From the NCBI RefSeq assembly GCF_009914755.1, contig NC_060931.1: 64,000 bases of DNA; one strand, written 5' to 3'. Source of the DNA: the human T2T-CHM13v2.0 reference genome, Homo sapiens. Each line of letters begins with the position of its first letter. Positions within the stretch are counted from its first letter, which is position 1. Made by a program: the position numbers and the translations under genes. Below, piece by piece: positions 35,961 to 50,643 of this stretch. Below the pieces are notes generated by a model. The model saw only the letters and a list, made by a program, of their open reading frames with translations, did not search any database and was not told where the DNA came from.

Positions 35961-38900
35961 GATTGGAAAGGAATGAACCATTACTCTTCTTAAGAATACT
36001 CAGAAGGAAAAAGCCTGGATGACTTAAGAGAAAACTTTCCAAATTGTGTTTTAAAACATCAGTCCAGGGAGATGTTCTCTTGTCTGATGAGTTTTGTAAG
36101 CTTCACATTCTATGTAAGCTTTGTGGAGACACCCGGAGTACTTTAGCAAACTGGTGGCTCTGAGAAATCCTGCAGCACAGCAACTTATTTACATTATTGA
36201 TCGCAACATTAAAAAAATGACCATGACATTTTTAAAATGTTACTTTTTTATGGAACAAACTTTTTGAAACACTGACCTAGGACATAGGTAATAAGCTTTT
36301 AACTCCTCATATCTCAGACTTTAGGTAACAAAACTGAAGTGAACTGTAACTTAAAACAAACCGTCTTTCCTTTTTCTGTGCATTTGAGAAAAAGAAGATT
36401 TGGATGTAAATCTATTTATCTCAGACTAAGTTTGGGGTTTCTTGTTAATTTCTGTTTAAAGAGATTTTGTGGGCCACGCAAACTAATGGAGATCTAGTTA
36501 GTATATAATACTTTCTCACATCATGTGGCTAAGTTTACTTGTTTGCTAGTCTTGTATATAAACAGGGCTCTGACAATCTAATGTCTTTCGCCAGCCATTT
36601 ATAAAAGTGACCATGTATATTTTATGGTAAAAAGTAAGTGCATTTTTTGGGCACTGGTAAATAATGATTTGTTTTGTCCTGTTATTTTTTTGTGGAAAGA
36701 AAAATCTTACATTTCAGTCAGATGTTTGTAGTAAAAGAAAATTGTCATATTCAGTAGCCGATGATAAATACATTTTTTGTGTTGTTATGTATACTATACT
36801 GTTTTAAAGACTAAGCTATTTTTTGGCTTTTTAATTTTTTATTGTGATAAATTTAAATAACATAAAAACTAATTGTGCCCCATAAATATAGACAATTATT
36901 TTGTATTAATTAAAAATAAAATAAAACTTTAAAAAGAAAAAAATTTAAATAGTAGCTGAGAATAAAAACTAGATCAACTTAGATATTATTAAAGTCCTGG
37001 GACTCACAGAAAACAATACACTGAGATAAGGTTATATTTGACACCTAATTGTTAAAAGGAGAGATAACCAAACCAAACAAAAATAGCATTATTTCTATTT
37101 AGCCTATTGCAATGTTTTTGTAATAGTTATTGAAATTCAGAGTACATTTATAAAGCTAAAGGAATTCTTTAATTATTAGATACAGAAAATGTCCTTGAAT
37201 GGGAGAATAGATTGAGAAAACACAGTACTCTTCCTATTTTAAGAAGGTCAAAATATTTTTAGAGGACATATTTGGTGTGTTTGTTTAACTAAATATTCAA
37301 TATGAGCAAAGAAGTTACACAATTTACTTTTAACGAAAAAAATTTTCAAATAGGGAGGAGAGAGACGAGGAGAGAACAGATGCTTCTGGTGGTGCAGCAG
37401 CACAAATTGAGCAATTGTCCAGTAGGGGTTGCTCATAGAGCAGGAAGGCTGATTGTTCCAGCTACAAGTTTCACAACTTCAAGTAGACTGGGATTTCAAG
37501 GCCACTCAAGTGTCTTAGTCGAAATAACCTCTTTATGTACTCCGGAAGTGACCCAGCCTCTGATATCTATTAGGATAAAATAGTATGTGTGAAATTAAAG
37601 AATTGCTAAATAAATCATTTGAAGCTTGTCATCTGCCTTAAAATGACATTTTACAAACCACATTTAATATGTTGCTGTGCATTAGTGAGGGGAGCTCATA
37701 ACTGCTTTTCCAAACAGAATCAAAGTGTAGTTAAATTGTTTTTAAACACAGATTTAGAGAATGAAATTGAGGGTAGTAAACTAGTAGCCAACTAAAGCAA
37801 AACAGGCTGGAATGTTGGTAACCGATTGTACACACAGGATCCAAGCAAAACATCTTGAATTGCTAGTACAGTAATAAATTATAGTTTTCACATTTGTATT
37901 TTGCAAGTGAAAACAGCACTAAGTCAAGCTTGTGAAATAAAGACCAAATGATGACGTTTTTAATTCACCCACACCTATGATGACCCAGTAGACCTGCCTC
38001 ATCATGCAATAAATGGAATAACTGAGGCTGAAAAAAGAAAAGACCAGTAGACAGAAACTCCATAGTTTTTGTATGCAATTGTAGATGGGAAAAAATGGTT
38101 GAGAGAGGCAAAGGGTTAATTGTCACAAAGGATCTAATGAATGTGTTGATTTCTTCTCCTTCCTTTGTCCCTCTCTCCTCACAAGATGACCCATACCACA
38201 TTCAGCCAACAGTCAAGGAGCTATCTCATTTTCTTTAGGGTTAATTTTCTCTTCTTAACGTAATGAGATAAACGGCTAAATGGGGTTGGTGTCTCGGGAG
38301 TGTTCAGAGGGCAAGAAATGGTCAAGAACTGGTTTATCTCCAAAGTTCATTAGCCTATTAGATAACTGACGCAGGGCACCCCAATTATCTCAAAGAATGA
38401 GAGACTTCTAAGAGATGGGAGTCAGTCCTTATAATAATGGAACTTGGCTGCCTGCTTCAGAAAAGAGACTCGCAAATCCCTTTCGTGGAGCAGGACTCTT
38501 CTGGGTGGAGAGGATGGGCTGATTTATTTCTCTGTGGTGTCCTGGAGTGTATCTGCCCTGATTGACTCCCTTGGTCTTGACATCAGTCACTTTGGAGTCA
38601 AGATAATGAAAACTACATTAAAGAGGCCCCTCCAGTTTATGCAAATGGAACTTTTTCTTCAAAGGGACAATATCCTTGGGAGAATTTCTGTACTATTGAA
38701 AAGTATTAATAAAAGAAAATGTGTTGGATATTTCCTCCCTCCTACTCCTCATTTTCTCTAATTTACATAGGAGTGGGAGTGACATTTTTTATTTTGTTTC
38801 ATTAAAACCCTAAATTTTCCTCATGCTTTATCTAAGGAAGTCAAATTGTATTTAGTCTGAAGGTTGCTGCATGGAATTAGTAAGGACATAAGTGACACTT

Positions 38901-39661
38901 AACATTATTCTAAACAATTAAAGTTACACACTTTAGGACATCTTGGGACTGGATCAAGATGACTGGAGGAGCATCAGTTTTGCATCTGAACAGGTGTGCC
39001 TTAGGCTAACAGGGCAAAAATGATAACACTATTAGCAATGACATCTGCAGTTGTAGCTTGGGTTGCCACTCAAGTTAGAAAAGAATATTATGTTATGTCT
39101 ATTCAGGGACTCTTTGGGGGAGGGAACATGAGATAATGCTCAAGGAGGGAATATTGGAATCATGTGGGAATGTTGTGTTTCCCTATCTTTCCTACGATGC
39201 TAATTATTTAACAAATAATATCAACATAAATGTGACAATAAATGAGGACTGTGTTTATATGACACAGTCCATGTTGACTCAACATTTTTGGAGATTGATT
39301 TGAAAGAGTAGAAGGAGTTTCTTAACACAGCATAGTGACACTTCCAATCAGTGACCAGAATGGGACTTAGCAAGAAATCATTAAAGAATGAATAGTTTAC
39401 TTGGTAATCTCTCTGGTGTTTTCAAAATGTTGCCAAGGTTAGAGATACAGGATTCAGTTTGACCTTGATGTCAGGTTTGTGTTCCTTGGTATTCTAAATT
39501 GAGAATGAACGGGTGGTTTATGAGTGTCCAACAGGAGCTTATCCTCACCTGAACTTTCTTTAACAACCAAAAAAAGAGCACAACTTGAAGGATTCTTCCT
39601 TTTTCTTAAGAAAAATCTATACCTAGAGAAGAGTGTCTCAGTTTTTCAGTTTTCTCACACA

Positions 39662-39772
39662 TTTTTATTTATTTTCTGGCTAGTATTTTGAATATAATGG
39701 ACCTAGATGCAGTTTTGTCACATGTTTTTATTTATTTTCTGGCTAGTATTTTGAATATAATGGACCTAGATG
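39662..39772. repeat. Direct duplication: 48-bp perfect unit, 63-bp period
   Basis: TTTTTATTTATTTTCTGGCTAGTATTTTGAATATAATGGACCTAGATG at 39662-39709 and 39725-39772. Confidence 0.95.
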
Positions 39773-40124
39773 GTAAAAAGTTTTATGTAACTATTTCACA
39801 TATGACTATTTTCCAAAGTGAACTCAAATTGTTACTTTATTTTTGAAAGTTGAAATCTGTAATATCATTCGTACTAACACTATGCTGTATGTATGAAACA
39901 TGGTTAAAATGTGATAGAATGCTCTTGCTTTTAATATCATTTTTGTCTTTTCCTTAGTATTGCCAATCAGATAGTGATCACTAATAGGATACATTTATAT
40001 AGTATTCCAAAATGGTGGCTTCTTTAAACCAAATAGACGTTTAATTCAAACTAATCACTGAAATAGATTGGCTGTGAAATTATAGTTAAATTATCTTAAA
40101 TGTTGTCACAAGATGCAAAACTAC

Positions 40125-40598
<474 letters not shown>

Positions 40599-43187
40599 AG
40601 TTGTTCTTATTATTACTTGACTTAGGAATCTATGGCTGTACAATTACAGGTGAGATTCACAATATTGAACAACCATTTGGTTTGGCACTTATCAAACAGA
40701 ACAGAACAGATAGTGGCAATAACAATCATCACATTCTCGGTGAGCATCATTGGCGCTGAGGAAGAGATATGATTGCAAAGATATCTGTTGGAGGTATTAT
40801 TCTTCCCACACATAAGCACAAACAACTTATTACGGAGAAATAAATAAAAGTAACCCAGAGACTTCCTTTGCTAGTGAAAACACAGAGGCAAATTCTTAGA
40901 GTTAAGCTAAGAGTAAACGATGCCTGAGGAACGCATTCAAAGTCCCAAATACTTAACTTGGAAGACTCTCCTTGTAAGGATGGCCTAGCAGTTTCCCTTC
41001 AGCAGTAGTAAATCTGGATGAGCTTCTCTAGGATCACATCCTGGCAGATGAGATGCTCATCATGACGAGGCCCAGCCTATGGGAGATGGGATCATTAGCC
41101 TGTTTTTACATTTTAAAATGGCCTATGTGTTTTCTTCCTTTTATTTTTTTTAAATCAGGAATGCATGATCTTTGTAGAAAATTTGGCAAAAGCTGACAAG
41201 TATAAAAAACAGGTGAAACATCACCCATAAAACCATCACCCAGAGCAAGCACTATTCACATTATTACATGTTTTTTCCCTAGTCTCAATCTCTCTTTCTT
41301 TGTCTCTCTCTGTGTCTCTCTTTTTGCTGAAAATTATCTTGCTGTTTGGAAAGACAGTAAATATTTCTTCCTTTGGGTAACATCTGAAGCTTTTTGTCCC
41401 ACTCCCTTTTCAACTGTAATACCACCTATGTTAAGACTGTTTAAGATGGCTAATCTTTTAGACACTGATATTCCTAAAGTGTTCAAATGGCTCTTATCCC
41501 TTGAGTCACCATGGTTTGCTCAGTCTTCATGGGACCTGTGAGGAAATTCCTTTCAGGGGTCTTGGCATGAGCTGAGAGTTTAGAGTTCAAACATTTCTTA
41601 CTTTGGATCGAAATGGAAGTAAACAGTAGATTTTTTTTTTTGTTATGCTCATGACTGCCAAGATTTTTATTTTAGGGTTGGATGTTATTTTAGGGTTGAA
41701 TTTTAGGGAGGCATGATGAGGGTGATCAGTACTAAAGCCTTGACTTAATAAAAAGAATTTTGATGGTAGTCATGGAAGTGTTCAGTGAACTCTAACTACT
41801 CATGAATCAATGATATCATGAGTAATGCTAAAATTAGACTCACCAGGAGAAGACGCATGAACAAAAATTATGTGATTATGAGAAAAAGAAGGAAACTTAT
41901 CTGTTATCATAAACACTGATTATAACTCTGGAAATGCTTCACTAAACACATCAAAAATTCTTTTTGATCAGAATTTAATATAAGCTCAATGAGTTGATTA
42001 TGTAAGCCCTCTGCTACTTTTCTCCCCCTACACCAAATGCCTAAATAAACTTTATTTTTCAAGTTGAAAGGACCGTTCTAAAATTCGTCATTCTTAATGC
42101 TCTAAAACGCCCGGGTTCAGAAAATTAAATTACGCCATTTTTATCCGTTTGAGATCAGTTCTGTTTCCTCCTTTGGTTTGTGTTTACTTTCCTGCAGTAG
42201 CTGACATCAAAATGTTTTCTGGAATGCTGGGACTAAATAAGTTATGCTTAACTCAATATCTAATACAAATAGCCCTGGGGAGCTTCAGCGACACAATCAT
42301 AAAAGCTATAGTTTCTTTTAATAGCTTGCCACACTTTGCTGATATAGTATTTCTCTAATCACCAATCTTTATGTGCCTTCCTGACCTTGGAGCTCTCAGT
42401 CTAAATGGCTTTATGGTATCAAAGGCCTGTGTCATTGGAAGAGTGAATGGCTTTCATTTTTCCCCTTGAAACTTCCAGTTCCTGGCATCTGTAAAGAATT
42501 ATTCCAAGTGGTATTTTGCTGCCTTGCGGCCACTGCCCTGTCCAATGGAAGTGACTTTTCCCAGAAAGGTCACAGTGGTCTGTAATAGGTGGATATTGCA
42601 TTCAGGGAGGAGGCAACTCTGATTTCTCTATTTTTTTCTTTTACAATATTAATTATTCTTGTATCACATTAGTTATCAAAGATCTACATCACATTTTGTT
42701 TGCAAAATATTTTGGCAAAAAATGGTACACTGTCATGTTCTAAGCATGAAAGGTTAGCAACAAGCTTCATAAAGTCATCCTATTTGTTGGGAAAAAGACT
42801 TTTCATTTACACTTGATGGGGGAGATTATAGCAATGCACAATAGTTCGTCTTCAGACTCTGTTCCTCTTCAGCACCTCAAAAGCACACCAAAAAGTGTGA
42901 CACAGCAGTGATTCTGGGGTCTCAAATCCACAGTATCTCTCCCTAACTGTGTCAACTGGCTGGGGCAACCATTGAGAACCAAGACTTCTGACTCACACCT
43001 TATTCTAAATTTGCATTTCTCAACATAATTATGTTTTAAGCTTTGTGCACAGTCAATAGAGGGTGATCCCATGGATATCTTTCCATGGCTTAGACAGGAA
43101 CTTTGGGTAATAGGTAACGTTTCCAAACCTTCTCTGTGCCTTAGAATCTTAAAAGCACAGAGAGCAGTGTGGGCAGGGGAGTCTGTA

Positions 43188-43244
43188 GGTGTGTCTGTGT
43201 GTGTGTGCGTGTACGTGTGTTTGTGTGTGTGTGTACGTGTGTGT
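43188..43244. repeat. Imperfect (TG)n microsatellite
   Basis: gtgtgtctgtgtgtgtgtgcgtgtacgtgtgt... Confidence 0.9.
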
Positions 43245-44384
43245 CGAAATAATGTAGAATACTAGCAAAACCTGTGAGGCAATTTAATATGTTTCCAATC
43301 AGAATTCCTTAGTGCAAATAAGAAGTGTAAGAAGTATAAAATCAGTACAGAAGAACATGACAACGAACTTTAGAGGTTCTTGTATATCATACAATTCCAT
43401 CTATTTATTTATTTATATAAAATCTGAACATGTTTTCCCTGCTATAGTGAACACCCTCCCAATTACTCCTAGGAATGTTCATTGTCTGTTATTTGGTCTA
43501 CATTTCTTGATTTTTCCTAAATGGCTCTTAGAAATCTACTTTATATATTAAGATATTCCCCATTGATTCCAGTTTATGCTAATTTGTCTTGTATTTTATA
43601 TGCATTTTAATACTACTGAGGATTAAGACTAGAAAATAGAAATCTCCTCTAATTCCATAAAATCTTTTACTATTTGGTACATTTTCTTCAAAGTCCTTTT
43701 TTTGTATTTCATATATAAAATATGTATATTTTTTAAAAATTTGATTCATATCAGATGTACAATTTTGTAAAGTGATTTTTTTTCTATTGACATGTTAACG
43801 TTGTTCTGTGTTCCTAAATGTTCCTCAAAGCCATGTTTTGTGGAATAGCCAAAATACCTTAAAGGAATACCTGTTTACGAAAATTAGTCTCATAGATGAT
43901 GGTTATAGAGTAACAGGCACACTTGTCCTGGCATTGGAAGCTACAAGAAGAAAAAAAAATGTCTCCCTTTTGGAGAGGTAACGATTCTAAAGGTTTTGAG
44001 ATCTTAGAGCAATTACTAGATTTGGATGTTTCCTCTACTTCAACAATCATATGTTTGTGTATGGCGATGGGGAGAGGGAGAGAAGTAGTTTTGAAGTCCT
44101 AGAATTTCTGTGAAATGCAGTTGCATCTTATGAATGAGTTGTCTTTATCGTCTTAACTTGACCAACCCTTTAACCCCTCACTGCCCCCTGTGGCCTTTTG
44201 CGTGAATAACGGTGACAATGCGACTGCCATTCTAGAATTTAGTTTCCCAGAAGTAACTGAGGTAGTTGGTCTGTTTATCAAGATACGCTTGGGAGTGGGG
44301 CTATCTCTCACCTCTGTGTGTTGGTAACAGTTTTCAGTCACTCTGAGCCTTTGCTAGATTTATATTTACATTTTTGGAGGAACA

Positions 44385-44830
44385 GTATTGAGTTGGCAAC
44401 CTTTTGCTCTGTAACAAATCAGCCCAAAACATAATGAAAACAATAAACACGCATTATTACCCAGGAATCTACTGATCAGCTGGTGGTTCTTCTGTTCTGA
44501 GTCTACTCTGCTAGGTCTAGGCTGGCCTTGCTCACACGTCTGGGAAAGCTTGCCTGGCTGAGAATGCTAGGGCCTCTCTCCACATGGTTGTCATCTCCAG
44601 GAGACTAGCCTTAGTGTGCTCACAGGGCATGGCACAAGTGCTCCCAGTAGCCAGAAGTTGCTGGCCCCAGCTGGCAAGCACTTTTTAAGTGTCTGCTTCT
44701 GTTACTCCTGCTATTATCTCATTGGTCAAATCACATCCCACGGCCAAGCTCAGGGTTATCATGGGAGGGAGCTACTTAAAAGCTTGTGTGTAGAGAGGAA
44801 TGCTTCACTGGGTACCTGTACTGCTACCTT
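44385..44830 (-). mobile_element. Old MLT1-type (MaLR) LTR
   Basis: Typical MLT1 segments (gctctgtaacaaatcagcccaaaac, ggcctctctccacatgg, cattggtcaaatcacatcccacggccaagctcag). Diverged; boundaries approximate. Confidence 0.65.
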
Positions 44831-47800
44831 TACTGCCACTTTCTTCCTAGTTTCTGAAATCCCTTTCAGTTGGACAGATACAGGACCAAATTAAAAAGTT
44901 TTCATGACTGTTGCTGCAAAATTTATGTTTCTGCAAAATTCATATTAGAATCAATAAACCTGAATACATAGAAACTTGTTCATAAAAAAAAAAAACCTTG
45001 CCACTGTGAGGTTTTTTTCCTCTTAAGCAAAACAAAACAAACAAACAAGAAAACAACTCTCCGAGATAAGTGAATCTTCTCCCAGTTTTGGTGTATCATT
45101 CTAGTCATTGGAGATATTTAGGAGAATAATAAATGCATGTTTTACAAACTGTAATCTGACATGCCAAAAAGACATTTCAAAATTCTCATGTCCAATACAG
45201 ACATTGATTCTGTTGTGGCGTCTGATTTAAAAAAAAACAAAACAAACAAAAAAAAAAAACACAACTGTACTATAGTACCACAGTACACCAGTACTATGAA
45301 ACTCAACTGGTTAGTCTTAACATGTATTTTCAGATAAAGGCAATTTCCTAAAGATGAGTTATTTTTTGTTAATGTCCGTTAGATATATACTACACACCCA
45401 TATGTTGCATATTTTTAATAGAAAATACAATGCTGTTTCAAAATTCTGTCTTTAAAATCAGAACCCATTATAAATAATTTCGTCATGGGAATACAGAACT
45501 TTGAATAATTAGTAGATAAAATCATCTGTCAATGTCATGCCTAATTCACACATGAAGTGAACAGGGAACATCCATTACATGTCCAAAGACACCCTAGATT
45601 CCCACATATCTGTGATGTCTTGTACATATGATTTCCCATAAATTCACCTGGAGAGAGTGTAGACTAAGGATCTTCCATATTGGAGACGCACTTGGATTAA
45701 AATTCTTGCTCTATTAATTACTGTTTAATCTTGAGCAAAATCCTCCAGTTTTCTGTGTTTCCATAGGGATGACATAGAGTCAAATAAGGCACAGAGACAG
45801 TCTCCTGAGTGTTAGTTTCCTGCCTTCTCTCTTTCACTCTTTTTCTTACTGTTTAACTTCAGCTACTAACAGCAGTTGAACACTTTCTGCTAAGTTGCAA
45901 GCCAGGCACCATTTGGAAGCAAAGAAGCAGGCTGGGAGCGTGGCTGTAGGTTAGTCGGATCTCGCTGACCCGTGAAAAGGGACAGGCTGTCGCTTGTGCC
46001 AGACCCATCTTTCTATGGTTGTTTGCTCCTCTCTCCAATTTCCCTGCATCTGCTTTTTGGAGACCTGCTATATTTCCGTGCTTACTGACAACCAAATTGT
46101 TCTGCCTCTAGTGCTTATTATCATACTTCAAGGAAAAGGCACTTGGGGGCCGTAAGGAGAACTTAAGGCACAAAAGCCAAAACCTTGAGTGGATTTATGG
46201 ACGCACTGGTGTCCGCAGCACCTCCAGAGAGTGGATGGAGTGAGGAGGATAAAAGTCGGCGACTGTCCAGTCTGCATAATTTTGGGATGCGGCCTGTAAG
46301 GCTTTACCATTTCTGTGACTTTAATTTGTGTTTTTGCTAAACATTAGATGGCTTAATTTGTCAGTGGATCAGAATCAAAAACACTTTGGGACAACCATAA
46401 TGCTATCCTGAGAGAACCCAGGGACAAGCTAATTAGGAATAAAGAGGAGAGATGGAGAAGAGGGTGTATCTGGGTAACTTCATGGGGTGAAATCCCCTCA
46501 TGGGAGGTGGCAGCTCGGAAATCTGCATAGTAACAAACCTGTCACGATTCAAGGACAACTCGGCGGAACAATTAGAATTACCATTTCCCTCTGGCCTTTA
46601 CCAAAAATCTCTGCCCACACTTTACTCTTTGCAACCAACACTGCGGTTTTGTCTTAACATTTAGTAAGCTGTTGTTGAACTTTAAACATCCTTTGTAAGG
46701 TATGCATTTTCTGCCTCAAGAGTAAAAAAGAGTTACATCTTTTGAATTCTCATATCTCATATGAATCCTACACTGTTTCCATTTGAATGACAATTGTGTA
46801 TTTTGAAATCCACACATATTATATGAATCCTAAACATTTTATTTGAATAGCAAATGCTATAAGGAATCAAGAGAATATTAAATATTTTATGGTAAATAAC
46901 ATCTGTTTCAATGATTTCTTCAAACCTGTTTCATTTTATTCTTTCCTGAAACTTTAAAGCCAATCAAAAAAAACAGATACACTGAGTATATATATTGTTG
47001 CCTTATAAAAGAAACACGATTCTTATTTTTAATGTTTCTTCTATATAAAACAATACTTTGAATGTTTCATTTCTGAACAGGTGCTCAAAGGAAACAAAAA
47101 AATTAATGATATTATGGTATTTTGTAAGTTGTAATTATATCCCTGACTTCCTATTTTCATCAAATTATTATAGATATTCATATATCAAAAAGCACAGTTT
47201 CCCCAAATAATTAATTTTTTAAATTAAATAAAATATATCAAAAGTAGCAATAAGGGTAAAATCTCATTGGTGAATTTCTGATTGTACGAATTAATATTAA
47301 TAACTGACCTTTAAGAAGACAAATATATGTGAGAGTAAATCTGGTTTGCACTTCTGTCTGACTTTCTTCTCTATCTTTCTGCATAGCAGCATAATCTGGC
47401 ATGTTTCCTATTCTATCATTTTAACATTTTCCATTTTATTTAGACGTAGTGAACTAATGCATGCATGTTTATGAAGGATTTCAAATTGGAAGAGTTAGAA
47501 AACAATGAAGAGAGATCAACACACAGTTCTGAAAACAAAAGGAAGAAAAATTATGATATTTCCCCCTCTCCTTCCAGAAATAACCCCCAATCCCCATCCC
47601 TGTCCCCCAGGGCCCTGGGCAGTGTCACATTCCTACCTCTTCCTCCAGGCAGAACTATGCAAGTGTGAACTGGGTTGGCTCCTCTGTTTTCTCCTTTTTC
47701 ACCACAACACAGGCACACATTCAGTCCATTACTAATTTTAGCTGCTTCCTTTTGCATACTCCCACAAGCAGATCTTAGGCCAAGCCCTGACCTTGTCCTG

Positions 47801-48780
47801 CCTTGACTAATGTGGCATCTCTGCCATTCCTGGACTAGAGGAGGAGGGTGGCTTGGAGAAAAATGGTATCAAAAACAGCTCTTAAAAACAAGAAGTACAC
47901 TCTGCTACTACCATGTAACTGGCATTTGCTAGATTCTCTTGAGGGCCCACAAATGTTCTTGGTATAATCAGGACCCAGTGGCACCCAGGCACTCTGGCCT
48001 GCCTGCAAAACATAGCCTTAGCCAGATTTAATTTGTGACACCCAAAAGAAGAAAGTATCGGATTCACCAAGGTGCAGTGTGTATACTGTCTCTACTTTTG
48101 CTTACACACTTCTTCCTCCATGACTTGTTGACTTTGGAGGATTTGGGACTTTTCCTTGCTTAGGAATATTAGAAGTATTGTGGGCTCTTCCTTACCTTTA
48201 GTGACTTTAAGCATCAGCATTCTTCTGTGTACTGCAGAAAACTCTTATTGCAATCCAATTTTCCTCCCATATTTTAAGAAGCCATTCTAGGTACTTAACT
48301 GAATTTGTGTGTTTGGAATCTCCTTAAGTGACTGACATCTTCCCTTTGATAGTCATATCCTTAAGTCACAAATGGACATTCTCAAATGGCATTCTCATCT
48401 ACTTTGACCTTGATAGTCTCTTACTTTTAGTACTTCAAAATGGGGACAAACATAAGATTTGGAGCAAAGATAAAATGAAGAATTTGAAGTTTAAACATAC
48501 TGCTGATTTCAGTAGCTGATGAAAAATTAAATTTGATTTTAAACATCTGAGGAGCAGGAAAGGTATTCTCTTGCATATACACAGACTTGATAATAATTTT
48601 TAAAAATAGGTCACATAGCCTACATATCACAAGCAGTTAAATACTAAATTATACTTTAATAAACTAAAAAAGAAGAGGAAATTGAAGTAAAACATCCATT
48701 GCCATTAGTTAAAAATGGTTTTCAGCATTTTATAAGAAATGGAATATTTTGTTTTATTGATATGAGGAAATGATATACAT

Positions 48781-48900
48781 CAGTACTGTCTAATGGAAAT
48801 ATGTGGGCCACACATACGATTTTTAACTTTCTAGTAGTCAATTAAAAATAAAGAGACAAGTAAAATTATTTTCAATAATATATGATTTTTTAAATTAAAT
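48781..48900 (+). mobile_element. MER33 5' fragment
   Basis: cagtactgtctaatggaaatatg...gccacac...tttctagtagtca. Confidence 0.65.
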
Positions 48901-49007
48901 ATGCGTTCCTGTGTTTAAACACATTAAATGGGGATTGACTGATGTACCTGCGGGACTTCTGGATCCTTAACTTGCTAATTTGTGTTGTGCATCTATCAAC
49001 AGGTTAG

Positions 49008-49265
49008 AGTAGGATTTCTCAGCCTAAGCACTAATGACACTACTGACTTGCCAAAATGTCAGCCCCTTGATTCCCCATTGCGGGAGCTCTTCTGTTCATT
49101 GTGGTATTTTAACAGCGTCCCTGACTCCTCCTTACTAAGTGCTAGTAACACCCTTCTTCCCTACCTCACACCCATTGAGATAATGAGAAATGTCTCTAGA
49201 CATTGTCAAATGTACTCTGTGGTGCAAAATTCTCCTCCACTCCCCACCCGAGCCACACACTGGGA
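49008..49265 (-). mobile_element. MER20 (hAT-Charlie)
   Basis: ggatttctcagcctaagcact...aacagcgtccctg...aaatgtctctagacattgtcaaatg. Confidence 0.75.
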
Positions 49266-49399
49266 TAGAGTGTGGAGCAGGATCTCACCCGTTTGCTCAC
49301 ACCTGGTGATCTAAATGGGTGTGCATATTCTATTCCAATGATTAACCGAACCCTGTACCTATGCTTAGTAACTGAATTGAATTAATTTGAAATGTTTTA

Positions 49400-49928
<529 letters not shown>

Positions 49929-50429
49929 TTAATGCTAACCAGGTCGTTTGTTTACATGTGGTAAAATTTTGATCCTCTCTGAAAGTTTTCCTTTTTTTTT
50001 TTTTTTTTTTTTTTTGCTTTATTCTCCCTGAGCCGCAATAAATTTCCACAGCAAACCTAAACATTTCATTTGCGTAATTAAGTTTCCATATGGATGCTGA
50101 TGGCTTGTTTGCCTCATTTCTTTCCAGCAAAATTGTAAGCACCCTGAGGTTAAAGACTTCGTTGATTTTTTTCAATACCTACCATGGATCAAGGAAATTT
50201 GTTAGTAATAAAATATTTGCTTAATGATTGACAATAAAATTGAATGCTTTCATAAAACAACAAGCTGTTCCCACTAATTTTAACTTTTTCCTAGCTTTAC
50301 CTTGTATTTCACTCAAATAGGGAAATGATTCTTTATTTGACATCATTTATGTGCTGGACACTGGACAGGATTCTGGGCAAAACTGATAAACAAAGAACTC
50401 CTGCCCTTGGCAAAGCTCACAGTTGAGCG

Positions 50430-50643
50430 CAGTAGTTCTCAACCTGGGAGGACTTTGTCCTGAGAGACATCTAGTCATGTCTAGAGACATTTTTAATTAT
50501 CACAGTTGGGGTGGGTTGCTACTGGCATCTAGTGGGTAGAGGTAAAGGGTGCTGCTAAACATCTTACAATATATAGGACAGAGCCCAACAACAAATAATT
50601 ATTTGGACTAGAATGTCAAGAGTGCTGAGTTTCAGAAAGCTTG
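50430..50643 (+). mobile_element. MER20 (hAT-Charlie), near full length
   Basis: cagtagttctcaacc...tgtctagagacattttt...gctactggcatctagtgggtagagg...tgctgctaaacatc. Confidence 0.88.
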
